A stretch of DNA of 64,000 bases, from the NCBI RefSeq assembly GCF_963921235.1, contig NC_086097.1:212290001-212354000 (forward strand), given 5' to 3'. The position numbers and the translations under genes were made by a program. This stretch comes from Mobula hypostoma (lineage: Eukaryota). The notes beneath the pieces were generated by a model. It was not told where the DNA came from. It saw only the letters and a list, made by a program, of their open reading frames with translations, and did no database searches. Shown in pieces: positions 36,040-49,542 of the stretch; position 1 is the first letter of the stretch; the number at the start of each line of letters is the position of its first letter.

Positions 36040-39000
36040 ATAGAAACATAGAAAACCTACTGCAGAATACGGGCCCTTCGGCCCACAATGCTGTGCCAAA
36101 CATGTAGTTACTTTAGAAATTACCTCGGGTTACCCATAGCCCTCTATTTTTCTAAGCTCCATGTACCTATCCAACAATCTCAAAAGACCCTATTGTATCT
36201 GCCTCCATCACCGGCACCAGCAGTCCATTCCACGCACTCACTACTCTGCATAAAAAAAATTTATCCCTGATGTCTCCTCTGTACCTACTTTTACGCACTT
36301 TAAAGCTGTGCCCTCTCATGCTAGCCATTCCAGCCCCGGGAAAAAGCCTCTGACTATCCACACGATCAATGCCGCTCATCATCTTATACACCTCTATCAG
36401 GTCACCTTTCATCCTCCGTCGCTCCAAGGAGAAAAGGCTGAGTTCACTCAACTTATTCTCATAAGGCATGCTCCCCAATCCAGGCAACGTCCTTGTAAAT
36501 CTTCTCTGCACCCTTTCTATAGTTTCCACCTCCTTCCTGTAGTGAGGTGACCAGAACTGAGCACAGTACTCCAAGTGGTGCTGACCAGGGTCCTATAAAG
36601 CTGTAACATTACCTCTCAGCTCTTAAACTCAATCCCACTGTTGACGAAGGCCAATACACCGTATGCCTTCTTAACCACAGAGTCAACCAATGCAGCAGCA
36701 TTGAGTGTCCGATGGACTCGGACCCCAAGATCCTTCTGATCCTCCACATTGCCAAGAGTCTTACCATTAATGCTATATTCTGTCATCAGACCTACCAAAA
36801 GGAACCATCTCACACTTATCTGGATTGAAATCAATCTGCCACTTCTCAGCCCATTTTTGCATCTATCAATGTCCCACTGTAACATCTCCAACCTTTGTGT
36901 CATCAGCAAACTTACTAACCCATCCCTCTACTTCCTCATCCAGGTCATTTATAAAAATCACAAAGAGCAGGGGTCCCAGAACAGATCCCTGAGGCACACC
37001 ACTGGTCACCGACTTCCATGCAGAATATGACCCGTCTAAAACCACACTTTGCCTTCTGTGGGCAAGCCAATTCTGGATCCACAAAGCAAAGTTCCCTTGA
37101 ATCCCATACCTCCTTACTTTCTCAATAAGCTTTGCATGGGGTACCTTATCAAATACCTTGCTAAAATCCATACACACTACATCTGCTGCTCTACCTTCAT
37201 CAATGTGTTTAGTCATATCCTCAAAAACTTGTAGAATGCCTTCGAGTTTTCTTTAATACTGCTTGCCAAGGCCTTCTCATGGGCCCTTCTGGCTCTCCTA
37301 ATTTCATTCTTAAGCTCCTTCCTGCTAGCTTTATAATTTTCTAGACCTCTATCATTACCTAGTTTTTTTTTGGAACCTTTTGTAAGCTTTTCTTTTCTTC
37401 TTGACTAGCTTTTCAACAGCCTTTGTACACCATGGTTTCTGTATCCTACCATCCTTTCCCTGTCTCATTGGAATGTACCTACGCAAAATGCTGCACAAAT
37501 ATCCCCTGAACATTTACCACATTTCTGCTGTACATTTCCCTGAGAATATCTGCTCCTACTTCCAAGTTCCTGCCTGATAGCTTTATATTTCCCCTTACTC
37601 CAATTAACCGCTTCCCTAACTTGTCTGTTCCTATCCCTCTCCAACACTATGATAAAGGAGATAGAATTGTGATCATTATCTCCAAAATGCTCTCCCACTG
37701 AGAGACCTGACACCTGACCAGGTTCATTTCCTAATACCAGATCAAGTACAGCCTCGCTCTTGTTGGCTTATCTACATATTGTGTCAGGGAACCTTCCTGA
37801 ACACACCTAACAAACTCCACCCCATCTAAATCCCTTGCTCCAGGGAGATGCCAATCAATATTGGGGAAATTAAAATCTCCCATCACAACAACCCTGTTAT
37901 TGTTGCACCATTCCAGAATCTGTCTCCCTATCTGCTCCTTGATGTCCCTGTTACTATCGGGTGGTCAATATAAAAAAAACATTCAGTAGAGTTATTGACC
38001 CCTTCCTGTTTCTAAATTTCACCGACAGAGACTTCAGTAGACATGGCTCCCTCCTTTTCTGCAGCCATGACACTATCTCTGATCAACAGTGCCACACCCC
38101 CACCTCTTTTGCCCCCCTCCCTCTCCTTTCTGAAACATCTAAAGCCTGGCACTTGAAGTAGCCACTCCTGCCCCCTGAACCATCCAAGTGTCTGTAGTGG
38201 CCACAACATCATAGCTCCAAGTACTGATCCACACTCTAAGCTCATCTGCTTTGTTCATAATGCTCCTTGCATTAAAATAGACACATCTCAAACCATCGGT
38301 CTGAGCGTGTCCCTTCTCTATCACCTCCCTCTCACACTGCCTATAACCTTTCTTTATTTGTGAACCAACTGCCTCTTCCTCTGTCTCTTCAGTTCAGTTC
38401 CCACCCCCCAAGCAATTCTAGTTTAAACTCTCCCCAATCGCCTTAGCAAACCTCCCTGCCAGGATATTGATACCCCTCGGATTCAAGTGCAACATGTCCT
38501 TATTGTACAGGTCACGCCTGCCCCATGAGGTCACTATGATCCAGAAATCTGAATCCATGTCCCCTACTCCAATCCAGCCACGCATTTATCCTCCACCTCA
38601 CTCTATTCCTATACTCTCTGTTGTGTGGCACAGGCAGTTATCCCAAGATTACTACCTTTTTGGTCCTGCTTCTCAACTTCCTTCCTAACTCCCCGTAGTC
38701 TGCTTTCAGGACCTCCTCCCTTTTCCTGCTTATGTCGTTGGTACCAATATGTACCACAACCTCTGGCTGTTCTCCTTCCCACTTCAGAAACATCCCCAAC
38801 CCTGGTATCTGGGAGGCAAACGATGATCCGCATTTCTTTCCTGCGTCCACAGAATTGCCTGTCTGACCCCCTAACTATAGAGTCCCCTATCACTGCTTCC
38901 ATCATCTTCCTTTCCCTCCCTTCTGAGCCACAGGGCCAGTCTCTTTGCCAGAGGTGCAGTCAGTGTTGCTTCCCACAGGTAGGCCATTCCCCCCAACAGT

Positions 39001-39590
39001 ACTCAAACAGGAGTACTTATTGATAAGGGGGACAGCCACAGGGGTACTCTCTAGTATCTGACTCCTTCCCTTCCCTCTCCTGACTGTTACCCACTTATCT
39101 CTCTCCCGAGGCCCCGGTGTGACTACTTGCCTAGAACTCCTCTCTATCACCTCCTCACTTTCCCTGACCAGACGAAGGTCATTGAGCTGCATCTCCAGTT
39201 CCCTAACCTGGTCCCTAAGGAGCTGCAGCTTGACGCACCTGGCGCAGATGTGGCTGTCCGAGAGGCTGGGAGTCTCCCGGACATCTGACACTCAGTACAA
39301 AACACCGGCCTCACAGACATACTTCCTATTCTTATTCTTCACAATTAACTTACCTCACCTCGACCCGTTATCGCCGAAGCCCTCCTACTCTGACTCCCTC
39401 TACTCAGGTGCCCGCTCTATAAAGCTGCCTCCTTTTAATTTCTTCCCACCGGTCTAACTCATCGATGCCGATGCGCCTGCACAGTCATGCCTCGATCAAA
39501 CCACCAAAGAAAAAAAATGCTCTGCTTTTAAATTCTTCCCACCAGTCCAACTTGCTGACATCCATGTGTCTGCTCAGTTGTGCCTCGATT
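36040..39590 (-). mobile_element. Near-full-length CR1 LINE with internal deletions
   Basis: ORF1 (HICARC zinc finger, VIGDSIVRG, VVVHIGTND), EN (CVYFNARSI), RT ([28 protein letters not shown]), tail (ttctatgt)n. Confidence 0.95.
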
Positions 39591-39599
39591 TCCTTGCGA

Positions 39600-40115
39600 G
39601 CAAACAGAGCAGTAAATCCAAGGAATATAATAGAATCAGTGAAAGACCAAACACAACAGGACAGGCAAATAACCAATGTGCAAGAGACAATGAACTGCAA
39701 ATACAAAGGAAAGAAAAAATAAATAGTAATAATAATAAATAAACAAGCAAAAGATGTGGAGAACATGGGATGAAGAGTCCTTGAAAGTGAGTTAATAAGT
39801 TGTGGGAACAGTTCGGTGTTGGAGAGAGTGAAATTGAGTGAAGTTAACCCCTCCGGTTGAAAAGACTGTTGGTTGAGGGGTAATAACTGTTTCTGAACCT
39901 GATGGTGAGAGTCCTGAGGCTCCTGTAAATGGCAGCAGTGAAAAGAGGGCATAGTTGTGGGGAGGTCCTTGATGATGGATGTTGCTTTCCTGCGACAACA
40001 CTCCATGTAGATATGCTCAGTGTTGGGGAAGGCGTACCCGAGATTGACTGGGCTGTATCCATTACTTTTTGTCAGATTTTCCATTCAGGGGCATTGGTTT
40101 TTCCATACCAGGCTG
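39600..40115 (-). mobile_element. Rex1/Babar 3' fragment
   Basis: EHIYMECCRRKATSIIKD; RSLRTLTIRFRNSYYP. Confidence 0.8.
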
Positions 40116-41644
40116 CAAGAGACTTGTGGAATAGGTGAAGGACAAATGAAATTCGGCATTACTTGGTGATACAGCTCTCCTCTATGTTTTCTTATTGAAA
40201 AATTTCCTTCCTTATGCAGATGTTACACTGATAACACTACTTACAATTTGCTGCAATGTTTGGATTTACATGCTGTTGCTAAGTGCTCTTTCTTCTGACG
40301 CAGTAAACATTTTGGTCCACTTTGATGGAACAGTGCCATTTGTGGTGATGAAATTGTTGCCTGAATTGAACTCTCTCTACTGCTTTTTGATTGTAGTCTA
40401 CCATCACATTTGTTCCTGGCAGTGGGTGGAGTTTTTTTGGCAATCCTCATTGTTATTTCCACTGATGTTTTAATCTTATTAGACTCTGATGTTTAACAAA
40501 TTTAACTGAAATTGATTTGTCAATTAAGCCACAGATAAATCTATACGGCAGCTCAGGTTCAGATCACACTAAACATTGAAAATAGAATGTGCAGCACAGA
40601 AAGGGCTCTTCTGTTGACCTAGATAAACATGCTCCATGATCAATCTAACCTTTCCCTTCTACATAGCCCATAACCCTCCATTTTCTTACATCCACATACT
40701 ATCCAAAAGTCTTTTAGTTGTCCCGATCATCAACCCCAGCAAGTGTTCCAGGCAGCCATGGCTCTCTGTGTTAAAAAAAAAACTACTAATGACATCTCCC
40801 CTATCCTTTCTTCCACTCACCTTAAAAAGATGACCTCTGGAATCATGTGTTTCTTGTTGATCCCTTGGCTACCTCTAGTACAGACCAATGTCACCCTGGG
40901 GGGAAAAAGTTGCAGCTTCTAGAAAGTTTATTTAAATCCATGATAGCTGCCAACTCCTTTGTCCATTTTCTGATTCCATGTGCCAAATATATAACAGTCT
41001 TCCATCTCATAGGCTGAAATAATCCCATGGCTACTGTACCATCTCTGTGAAGGGAGAAACTCATGACAGTCACAGGGCTATCAGATGACAAGCACAAAAT
41101 AAGTCTCAGGACAACTCCTTGTGAATAAATTACCTTTCTTTCACTCATCCATAGCAACCATTAGTACCTGTGCATTTTAAAAAAATCTACTAATGCAAGA
41201 ATACTGATAACCAGAAGAAACACTTCCATTTTTTCTCCCCACATTGTGCATGAATCATGTATTTCTTGTTGACCCTTAGGCAGCCTTGAACCACACTTTA
41301 TATCAATTCCCATTAAATGACAATGGTGCATCAAAACACCTGCTGTTTAATTCTCCCATAATCAGTACTTATGTGCTCCAAACCAAGGAGTAATCTAATT
41401 TTCAGTTTAGTTGTGATTGCCCACAGATTTATCAACTCACTGTATCCAGGAAATACTCTGATATCTGGTCATCCAAACTGAATTTAGTTTCTGTGGTGTG
41501 TGGAGTATATATGTTTGCTTTACATGAATGATACACCATTATGTAACGTATGTGCTGGAGATATATGTACACTCACTTATAGATATTCCATATGCTTTAA
41601 ACTGTTCTTAGATATTAAATGGAATAAAATTTTCTTTATTATCA

Positions 41645-43190
41645 TAAGAACATAAAGCCATGAGATATAGGAGCAGAATTAGGCCATTTGGCTCATCGAG
41701 TCTGCTCCACCATTTCATCATGACTGATCCATTTCCCCTCTCTGCCCCAGTCTCCTGCCTTCTCCCCATATCCCTTCATGCCCTGACCAATCAAGAATCT
41801 ATCACCCTCTGCCCTAAATACACATAAAGACTTGGTCTCCACAGCTGCCTGTGTAATAATTCCACAGATACATTTGACTTCAGCTACTCCTTCTCAAATT
41901 TCAGGGTGTATTTGATTATCTTCTGATCACTTGTCCCGAAGTATTACATAGAACACAGATCATAGGAATCTACAGCACATTACAGGCCCTTCGGCCCACA
42001 ATGTTGTGCTGACCATGTAATCTACTCTAGAGGCTGCCTAGACTTTCCCTAGCACATAGCGCTCTATTTTACTAAGCTCATGTATCTGTCTAAGATGCTC
42101 TTAGAAGACCCTATTGTATCTGCTTCCATCACCACTGCTGGCAGTGCATTCCAAGCACCCACCACTCTCTGCATGAAAAAGTTACCCCTGACACCCCCGG
42201 GTACCTATTTCCAAGCACCTTAAAACTATGCTTCCGCGTGTTAGCCATTTCAGCCCCAGGAAAAAGCCTTTGGCTATCCACACGATCAATGCCCCTCCTC
42301 ATCTTATACACCTAATTCTTTTGGCTGAAGCTATCTAATCAATTCTGGTTCATGGCACAACACCCATTCCAGAATAGTGATTCCCTAGTCCGCTCAACCA
42401 CAAGCTTCTCTGACAAGTCATCTCGTAGGCATTCTAGAAATTCAGCACCAACGTGAGTTTCCCAATCTACCTGCATATTGAAATCTCCCATGACTATTGT
42501 AAGACTGCCATCTTGGCATGCACTTTCTATCTCCCATTGTAATTTGTAGATCACATCCTTACTACTGTTTGGGGGTCAGTATAGAATTCCCATCAGGGTT
42601 TTTTTTACTTTTGCAGTTCCTTAGCTCTACCCACAATATTTCAATGCCTTCTGACCTTATGCCACGTCTTTCTAATAACTTGATTTCATTTTTCACCGAC
42701 AGAGCCATGCCACCTCTCTGTCTACCTGCCTGTCCTTCCGGTAGAATATGTACCCTCACACATTCAGCTCCCAGCTATAATCTTCTTTCAGCCATGACAG
42801 GGGGATCTCATTGAAACCTACTGAATGTTGAAAGGACTAGATATGGTGGGTGCGGAGAGGATGTTTCTTGTGGTGGGAGGTATCCAGAACTAGAGGGCAC
42901 AGCCTCAAAATTGAGGGGTCACCCTTTAGAACAGAGGTAAGGAGGAATATTTTTAGCCAGAGAGAAGTAAATCTGTGGAAAGCTCTGCCACAGATTGCTG
43001 TGGAGGCCAAGTCCGTGGGTATATTTAAGGTGGAAGTTGATCATTTCCTGATCAGTTAGGGCATCAAATGATATGGTCAGAAGACAGGTGAATAGGGTTG
43101 AGTGGGATCTGGGATCAGGCATCAGCAGGGCAAACTCGATGGGCTGAATGGCCTAATTCTGCTCCTATGTCTTATGGTCTTATGGATTTA
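41645..43190. mobile_element. Cluster of CR1 fragments in both orientations
   Basis: Minus tails 41645-41865 and 41945-42312, minus EN fragment 42312-42798 (IVMGDFN), plus 3' end 42798-43190. Confidence 0.85.
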
Positions 43191-44585
43191 TCTTTGGTAC
43201 TGTAGACTGTAGATAAGTTTCCCATCTTAATGTAGCTGCACTATTGTGAGGCACAGGTTTACAAATCAAGGAGATTTATCAAAGTTAACATGTCAGCTGA
43301 ACTTACGACATAACAGTTGGGCGTTTAATGTGTATTTGGGACCCAACAAACCATGATGTTATGAGCATTGTGAAGATTACATCAGGAAGACCTCTGAGAA
43401 GAATTAATTGTTTAGTTACTATCCAAAAGAGTCTCCTACAGTGAAATGAACTTTGAAATTTGTTTATGCTTGTCAGGCAAATCTAATGGTTCAGGCAGCA
43501 CACACAGAGAAAAGGATCCAACTAAGGATGTCTTTGGACTTTATTTGATTCTTCTGGACCTTATTGTCCCTGAGGCTTCATTCCAGCAACACATAAACCC
43601 ATAGCCTCTATCAGCTGGCTGTGCACATTGTTCCCCAAGTTGCCTTATTGGGTTCAGATTCTGCAACCTCCTACTCAAATATGAAATTGGTCAATAACAG
43701 TAGCACCTAATGTACTCAGAACAAACTGTCAACCCATTCAGTAACTAAGCTGTTTTTCCATTGGATGTTGTTGGAGGCATCATCCATTGACAAGAACTTT
43801 GTTATTTTGAAAGCAGCACTTGCCTAAGAAGACCATAGAAACATAGAAATCCTACAGCACAATACAGGCCCTTCAGCTCACAAAGTTGTGCTGAACATGT
43901 CCCTACCTTAGAAATTACTAGGCTTACCCACACCCCTCTCTTTTTCTAAGCTCCATGTACCTATCTAAGGGTCTCTTAAAAGACCCTATCATATCCACCT
44001 CCACAACTGTTGTTGTCAGCCCATTCCACGCACTCACCACTCTTTGCATGAAAAACTTACCCCTGACATCTCCTCTGTACCTACTCCCAAGCACCTTAAA
44101 CCTGTGCCTCTTGTGGCAGCCATTTCAGCCCTGGGAAAAAGCCTCTGACTATCCACACGATCAAAGCCTGTCATCATCTTATACACCTCTATCAGGTCAC
44201 CTCTCATCCTCTGTCGCTCCAAGGAGAAAAGGCCAAGTTCACTCAACCTATTCTCATAGGGCATGCTCCCTAATCCAGGCAACATTCTTGTAAATCTCCT
44301 CTGCACCCTTTCTACGGCTTCCACATCCTTCCTGTAGTGAGGCAACATTACCTCTCGGCTCCTAAATTCAATTTCACAATTGATGCCTTCTTAACCACAG
44401 AGACAACCTGCGCAGCTGCTTTGAGTGTCCTATGAACTCAGACCCCAAGATCCCTCTGATCCTCCACACTGCCAATAATCTCACCATTAATATTATATTC
44501 TGCCATCATATTTGACCTACCAAAATGAACCACTTCACACTTATCTGGGTTGAACACCATCTGCCACTTCTGAGCCCAATCAATA

Positions 44586-47500
44586 TGAGTGGGTGGGCCA
44601 GTGAAGGAGTGGAGCTTTAAGGCTTTGACTCGAGAGGCTTCGACAAGAAGAGGCGGAGGACAAGCTTGCTCCCAGTTAGGCTTTGCAATGCTTCCTGAGA
44701 CGGTGATGTGCCTCTCATGTGAGATGTGGCAATCTTGGGGGAACTCCCCTCTCCCGCAGAGTCACATCTGCCAGAAGTGCATGTGGCTGGGCGATCTGGA
44801 AGACCGTGTAAGGAATCTGGAGCAGCAGCTGGATGACCTTCGACTCATAAGGGAGAATGAGGCAGCCATAGATGAGAGCTACAGGGAGGTAGTCACACCT
44901 AGGCTGCTGGAAGCAGGTGGTTGGGTGACAGTCAGAGGGGGGAAAGCGAAGGTGAGCAGACAGGTAGTGCAGAGCACCCCTGTAGCCATTCCCCTGAATA
45001 ATAAGTTTACCGTCCTGGATACTGTTGGCGGGGACGATCGACCAGGGGTGAGCCACAGTGGCAGGGCCTCCAGCACTGAGTCTGACCCTGTGGTGCAGAA
45101 GGGTGGGACGGAGAAGAGGATAGCTGTCGTCATTGGAGACTCTATAGACAGGGGAGCAGACAGGAGATTTTGTGGACGTGAGGACACCCGCATGGTTTGT
45201 TGCCTCCCGAGTGCCAGGGTCTGGGATGTCTCTGACTGGGTGCACGACATCCTGGTACGTGAGGGAAAGCAACCAGAAGTCGTGATACATGTTGGTACCA
45301 AAGACATAGGCAGGAAAAGGGATGAGGTCCTGAAGTGTGAGTTTCGGGAACTAGGCAGAAAGCTGAAGAACAGGACCGCAAGGGTGGCGTTCTCAGGATT
45401 GCTGCCAGTGCTACATGATAGTTATGGTAAGAATTGGAGGAGATGGCAGTTGAATGCGTGGCTGAGGGTGCAGGGGGCAGGGTTTTAGATTTTTGAATCA
45501 TTGAGATCTCTTCTGGGGAAGGTGGGACCTGTACAGATTGGATGGGTTGCACCTGAACTCAAGGGGGAGCAATATCTTTGCAGGTAGGTTTGCTAGCATG
45601 GTTCGGCAGGGTTCAAACTAACTTGCAAGGCGGATAGGACCCGGAGCGATTGAGCGGTGGAAGAAGCGCGTGGAGTAAACCAGATCTAACATATAAAGAG
45701 GCTTTGAGGAAAGAGAAGCAGAATAAACGGTGGAAAGACAGTAAGGTAGAAGGGTTAAAGTGCATGTACTTCAATGCAAGAAGCATCAGGAACAAAGGTG
45801 ATGAACTGACAGCTTGGATACATACATGGAATTATGATGCAGTGGCCATTACAGAGACTTGGCTGGCACCAGGGCAGGAATGGATTCTCAATATTCCTGG
45901 ATTTCAGTGCTTTAAAAGGGATGGGGGGGGGAAGGGAGAAGGGGTGGCATTACTGGTCAGGGATACTATTACAGCTACAGAAAGGGTGGGTAATGTAGCA
46001 GGATCCTCCTTTGAGTCAGTATGGGAGGAAGTCAGGAACAGGAAGGGAGCAGTTACTCTATTGGGGGTATTCTATAGGCCCCCTGGTAGTAGCAGAAATA
46101 CCAAGGAGCAGATTGGGAGGCACATTTTGGAAAGGTGCAAAAATAACAGGGTTGTTATCATGGGTGACTTTAACTTCCCTAATATTGATTGACACCTGAT
46201 TAGTTCCAATGGTTTAGACAGGGCAGAGTTTGTTAAGTGTGTCCAGGACAGATTCCTGTTACAGTATGTTGACAGGTTGACAAGAGGGAATGCCATACTA
46301 AATCTATTATTAGGTAACGAACCAGATCAGGTCACAGATCTCTCAGTGAGTGAGCATCTGGGGGACAGTGACCATCACTCCCTGGCCTTTAGCATTATCA
46401 TGGAAAAGGATAGAATCAGAAAGGACAGGAAAATTTTTAATTGGGGAGGGCAAATTATCAGGGTATAAGGCTAGAACTTGTGGGTGTGAATTGGGATGAT
46501 GTTTTTGCAGGGAAATGTACTATGGATGTGTGATCGATGTTTAAGGATCTCTTGCAGGATGTTAGGGATAAATTTGTCCCGGTGAGGAAGATAAAGAATG
46601 GTAGGGTGAAGGAACCATGGATGACAAGTGAGGTGGAAAGTCTAGTCAGGTGGAAGAAGGCAGCATACATGAGGTTTAGGAAACAAGGATCAGATGGGTC
46701 TATTGAGGAATATAGGGAAGCAAGAAAGGAGCTTAAGAAGGGGCTGAGAAGAGCAAGAAGGGGGCATGAGAAGGCCTTGGTGAGTAGGGTAAAGGAAAAT
46801 CCCAAGGCATTCTTCAATTATGTGAAGAACAAAAGGATGACAGGAGTGAAGGTTGGACCGATTAGAGATAAAGGTGGGAAGATGTGCCTGGAGGCTGTGG
46901 AAGTGAGTGAGGTCCTCAATGAATACTCTCCCTTCGGTATTCACCAATGAGAGGGATCTTGATGATGGTGAGGACAATATGAGTGAATTTGATGTTCTGG
47001 AACACGTTGATAATAAGGGAGAGGAGGTGTTGGAGTTGTTAAACTACATTAGGACAGATAAGCCCCCAGGGCCTGACGGAATATTCCCCAGGCTGCTCCA
47101 TGAGGCGAGAGAAGAGACTTCTGAGCCTCTGGCTAGGATCTTTATGTCCTCGTTGTCCACGGGAATAGTACTTGAGGATTGGAGGGAGGCGAATGTTGTC
47201 CCCTTGTTCAAAAAAGGTAGTAGAGATAGTCTGGGTAATTATAGACGAGCGAGCCTTATGTCAGTGGTGGGAAAGCTGTTGGAAAAGATTCTTAGAAGTA
47301 GATCTATGGGCATTCAAAGAATCATGGTCTGATCAGGGACAGTCAGCATGGCTTTGTGAAGGGCAGATCATGTCTAACAAGCCTGATAGAGTTCTTTGAG
47401 GAGTTGACCAGGCATATAGATGAGGGTAGTGCAGTGAATGTGATCTACATGGATTTTAGTAAGGCATTTGACAAGGTTCCACATGGTAGGCTTATTCAGA

Positions 47501-48605
47501 AAGTCAGAAGGCATGGGATCCAGGGAAGTTTGGCCAGGTGGATTCAGAATTGGCTCGCCTGCAGAAAGCAGAGGGTTGTGGTGGAGGGAGTACATTTGGA
47601 TTGGAGGGCTGTGACTAGTGGTGTCCCACAAGGATCTGTTCTGGGACCTCTACTTTTCGTGATTTTTATTAATGACCTGGATGTGAGGGTAGAAGGGTGG
47701 GTTGGCAAGTTTGAAGATGACACAAAGGTTGGTGGTGTTGTAGATAGTGTAGAGTATTGTCGAAGATTGCAGAGAGACATGGATAGGATGCAGAAGTGGG
47801 CTGAGAAGTGGCAGATGGAGTTCAACCTGGAGAAATGTGAGGTGGTACACTTTGGAAGGACAAACATCAAGGCAGAGTACAAAGTAAATGGCAGGATACT
47901 TGGTAGTGTGGAGAAGCAGAGGGATCTTGGGGTACATGTCCACAGATCCCTGAAAGTTGCCTCACAGTTAGGTAGGGTAGTTAAGAAAGCTTATGGGGTG
48001 TTACCTCTCATAAGTCGAGGGATAGAGTTTAAGAGTCGTGAGGTAATGATGCAGTTCTATAAAACTCTGTTCAGGACACACTTGGAGTACTGTGTCCAGT
48101 TCTGGTCGCCTCACTATAGGAAGGATGTGGAAGCATTGGAAAGTGTACAGAGGACACTTACCAGGATGCTGCCTGGTTTAGAGAGTATGCATTATGATCA
48201 GAGATTAAGGGAGCTAGGGCTTTACTCTTTGGAGAGAAGGAGGATGAGAGGAGACATGATAGAGTTATACAAGATAATAAGAGGAATAGATAGAGTGGAC
48301 AGCCAGCGCCTCCTCCCCAGGGCACCACTGCTCAATACAAGAGGACATGACTTTAAGGTAAGGGGGGGGGAATTTCAAGGGGGATATTAGAGGAAGGTTT
48401 TTTACTCAGAGAGTGGTTGGTGCGTGGAATGCACTGCCTGAATCAGTGGCAGAGGCAGATACACTAGTGAAATTTAAGAGACCACTAGACAGGTATATGG
48501 AGGAATTTAAGGTGGGGGTTATATGGGAGGAAGGGTTTAAGGGTCGGCACAACATTGTGGGCCGAAGGGCCTGTACTGTGCTGTAGTATTCTATGTTCTA
48601 TGTTT
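44586..48605 (+). mobile_element. Near-full-length CR1 LINE (ORF1 + disrupted ORF2)
   Basis: ORF1 44688-45620; EN 45650-46400 (CMYFNARSI, ITETWL, MGDFN, SDH); RT 47356-48390; (ttctatg)n tail. Confidence 0.95.
44688..45620 (+). pseudogene. CR1 ORF1p: zinc finger, coiled coil, SGNH esterase; frameshift near 45465
   Basis: CLSC...HICQKC, LEDRVRNLEQQLDDL, VIGDSI, VIHVGTKD, then DGLHLN in another frame. Confidence 0.85.
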
Positions 48606-49542
48606 AATGTCCCTCTGTAACCTCTGACAGCCCTCCACACTATCCACAACACCTCCAACCTTTGTTTCATCAGCAAATTTACTAACTTATCCCTCCACTT
48701 CCTCATCCAGGTCATTTATAAAAATCACGAAGAGTAAGGGTCCCAGAACAGATCCCGGAGGCACACCATTGGTCACCGATCTCCATGCAGAATATGACCT
48801 GTCTACAACCACTCTTTGCCTTTTGTGGATAAGCCAGTTCTGGATCCACAAAGCAAGATCCCCTTGGATCCCATGCCTCCTTACTTTCTCAGTAAGCATT
48901 GTATGGGGTACCTTATCAAATGCATTGCTGAAATCCATATACACTACATCTACTGCTCTACCTTCATCAATGTGCTCAGTCACATCCCCAAAAAATTCAA
49001 TCAGGCTCGTAAGGCACAACTTGCCCTTGACAAAGCCATGCTGACTGTTCCTTATCATAGTATACCTCTCCAAATGCTCATAATTCCTGTCTCTTAGGAT
49101 CTTCTCCATCAACTTACCAACCACTGAAGTAAGACTCACTGATCTATAATTTCCTGGGCTATCTCTATTCCTTTTCTTGAATAATGGAACAACATCTGCA
49201 GCCCTCCAATCCTCTGGAACCTCTCCTGTCCTCATTGATGATGCAAAGATCATCGCCAGAGGCTCAGCAATCTCCTCCCTCGCCTTCCACAGCAGCCTGG
49301 GGTACATCTCATCCGGTCCCGGCGACTTATCCAACTTGACGCTTTCCAAAAGCTCCAGCACATCCTCTTTCTTAATATCTAGATGCTCCAGCTTTTCAGT
49401 CCACTGCAAGTCATCACTACTATCACCAAGATCCTTTTCCATAGTGATTACTGAAGTATTCATTAAGTGCTCTTCTTTTTCCTCCAGTTCCATACACACT
49501 TTCCTACTGTCACATTTGATAGGTCCTATCGTTTCACATCTT

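Larger units (their letters stand above)
43835..49542 (-). mobile_element. CR1 RT/3' half, split at about 44585/48606 by a + strand CR1
   Basis: 3' part 43835-44585 and RT ORF 48687-49499 ([24 protein letters not shown]) are collinear across the insertion. Confidence 0.9.

Noticed and set aside
42312..43190. Twin-priming 5' inversion of one CR1
   Set aside because: The inverted EN piece and the 3' piece are about 2.5 kb apart in the element and no TSD is visible; independent fragments are equally likely.
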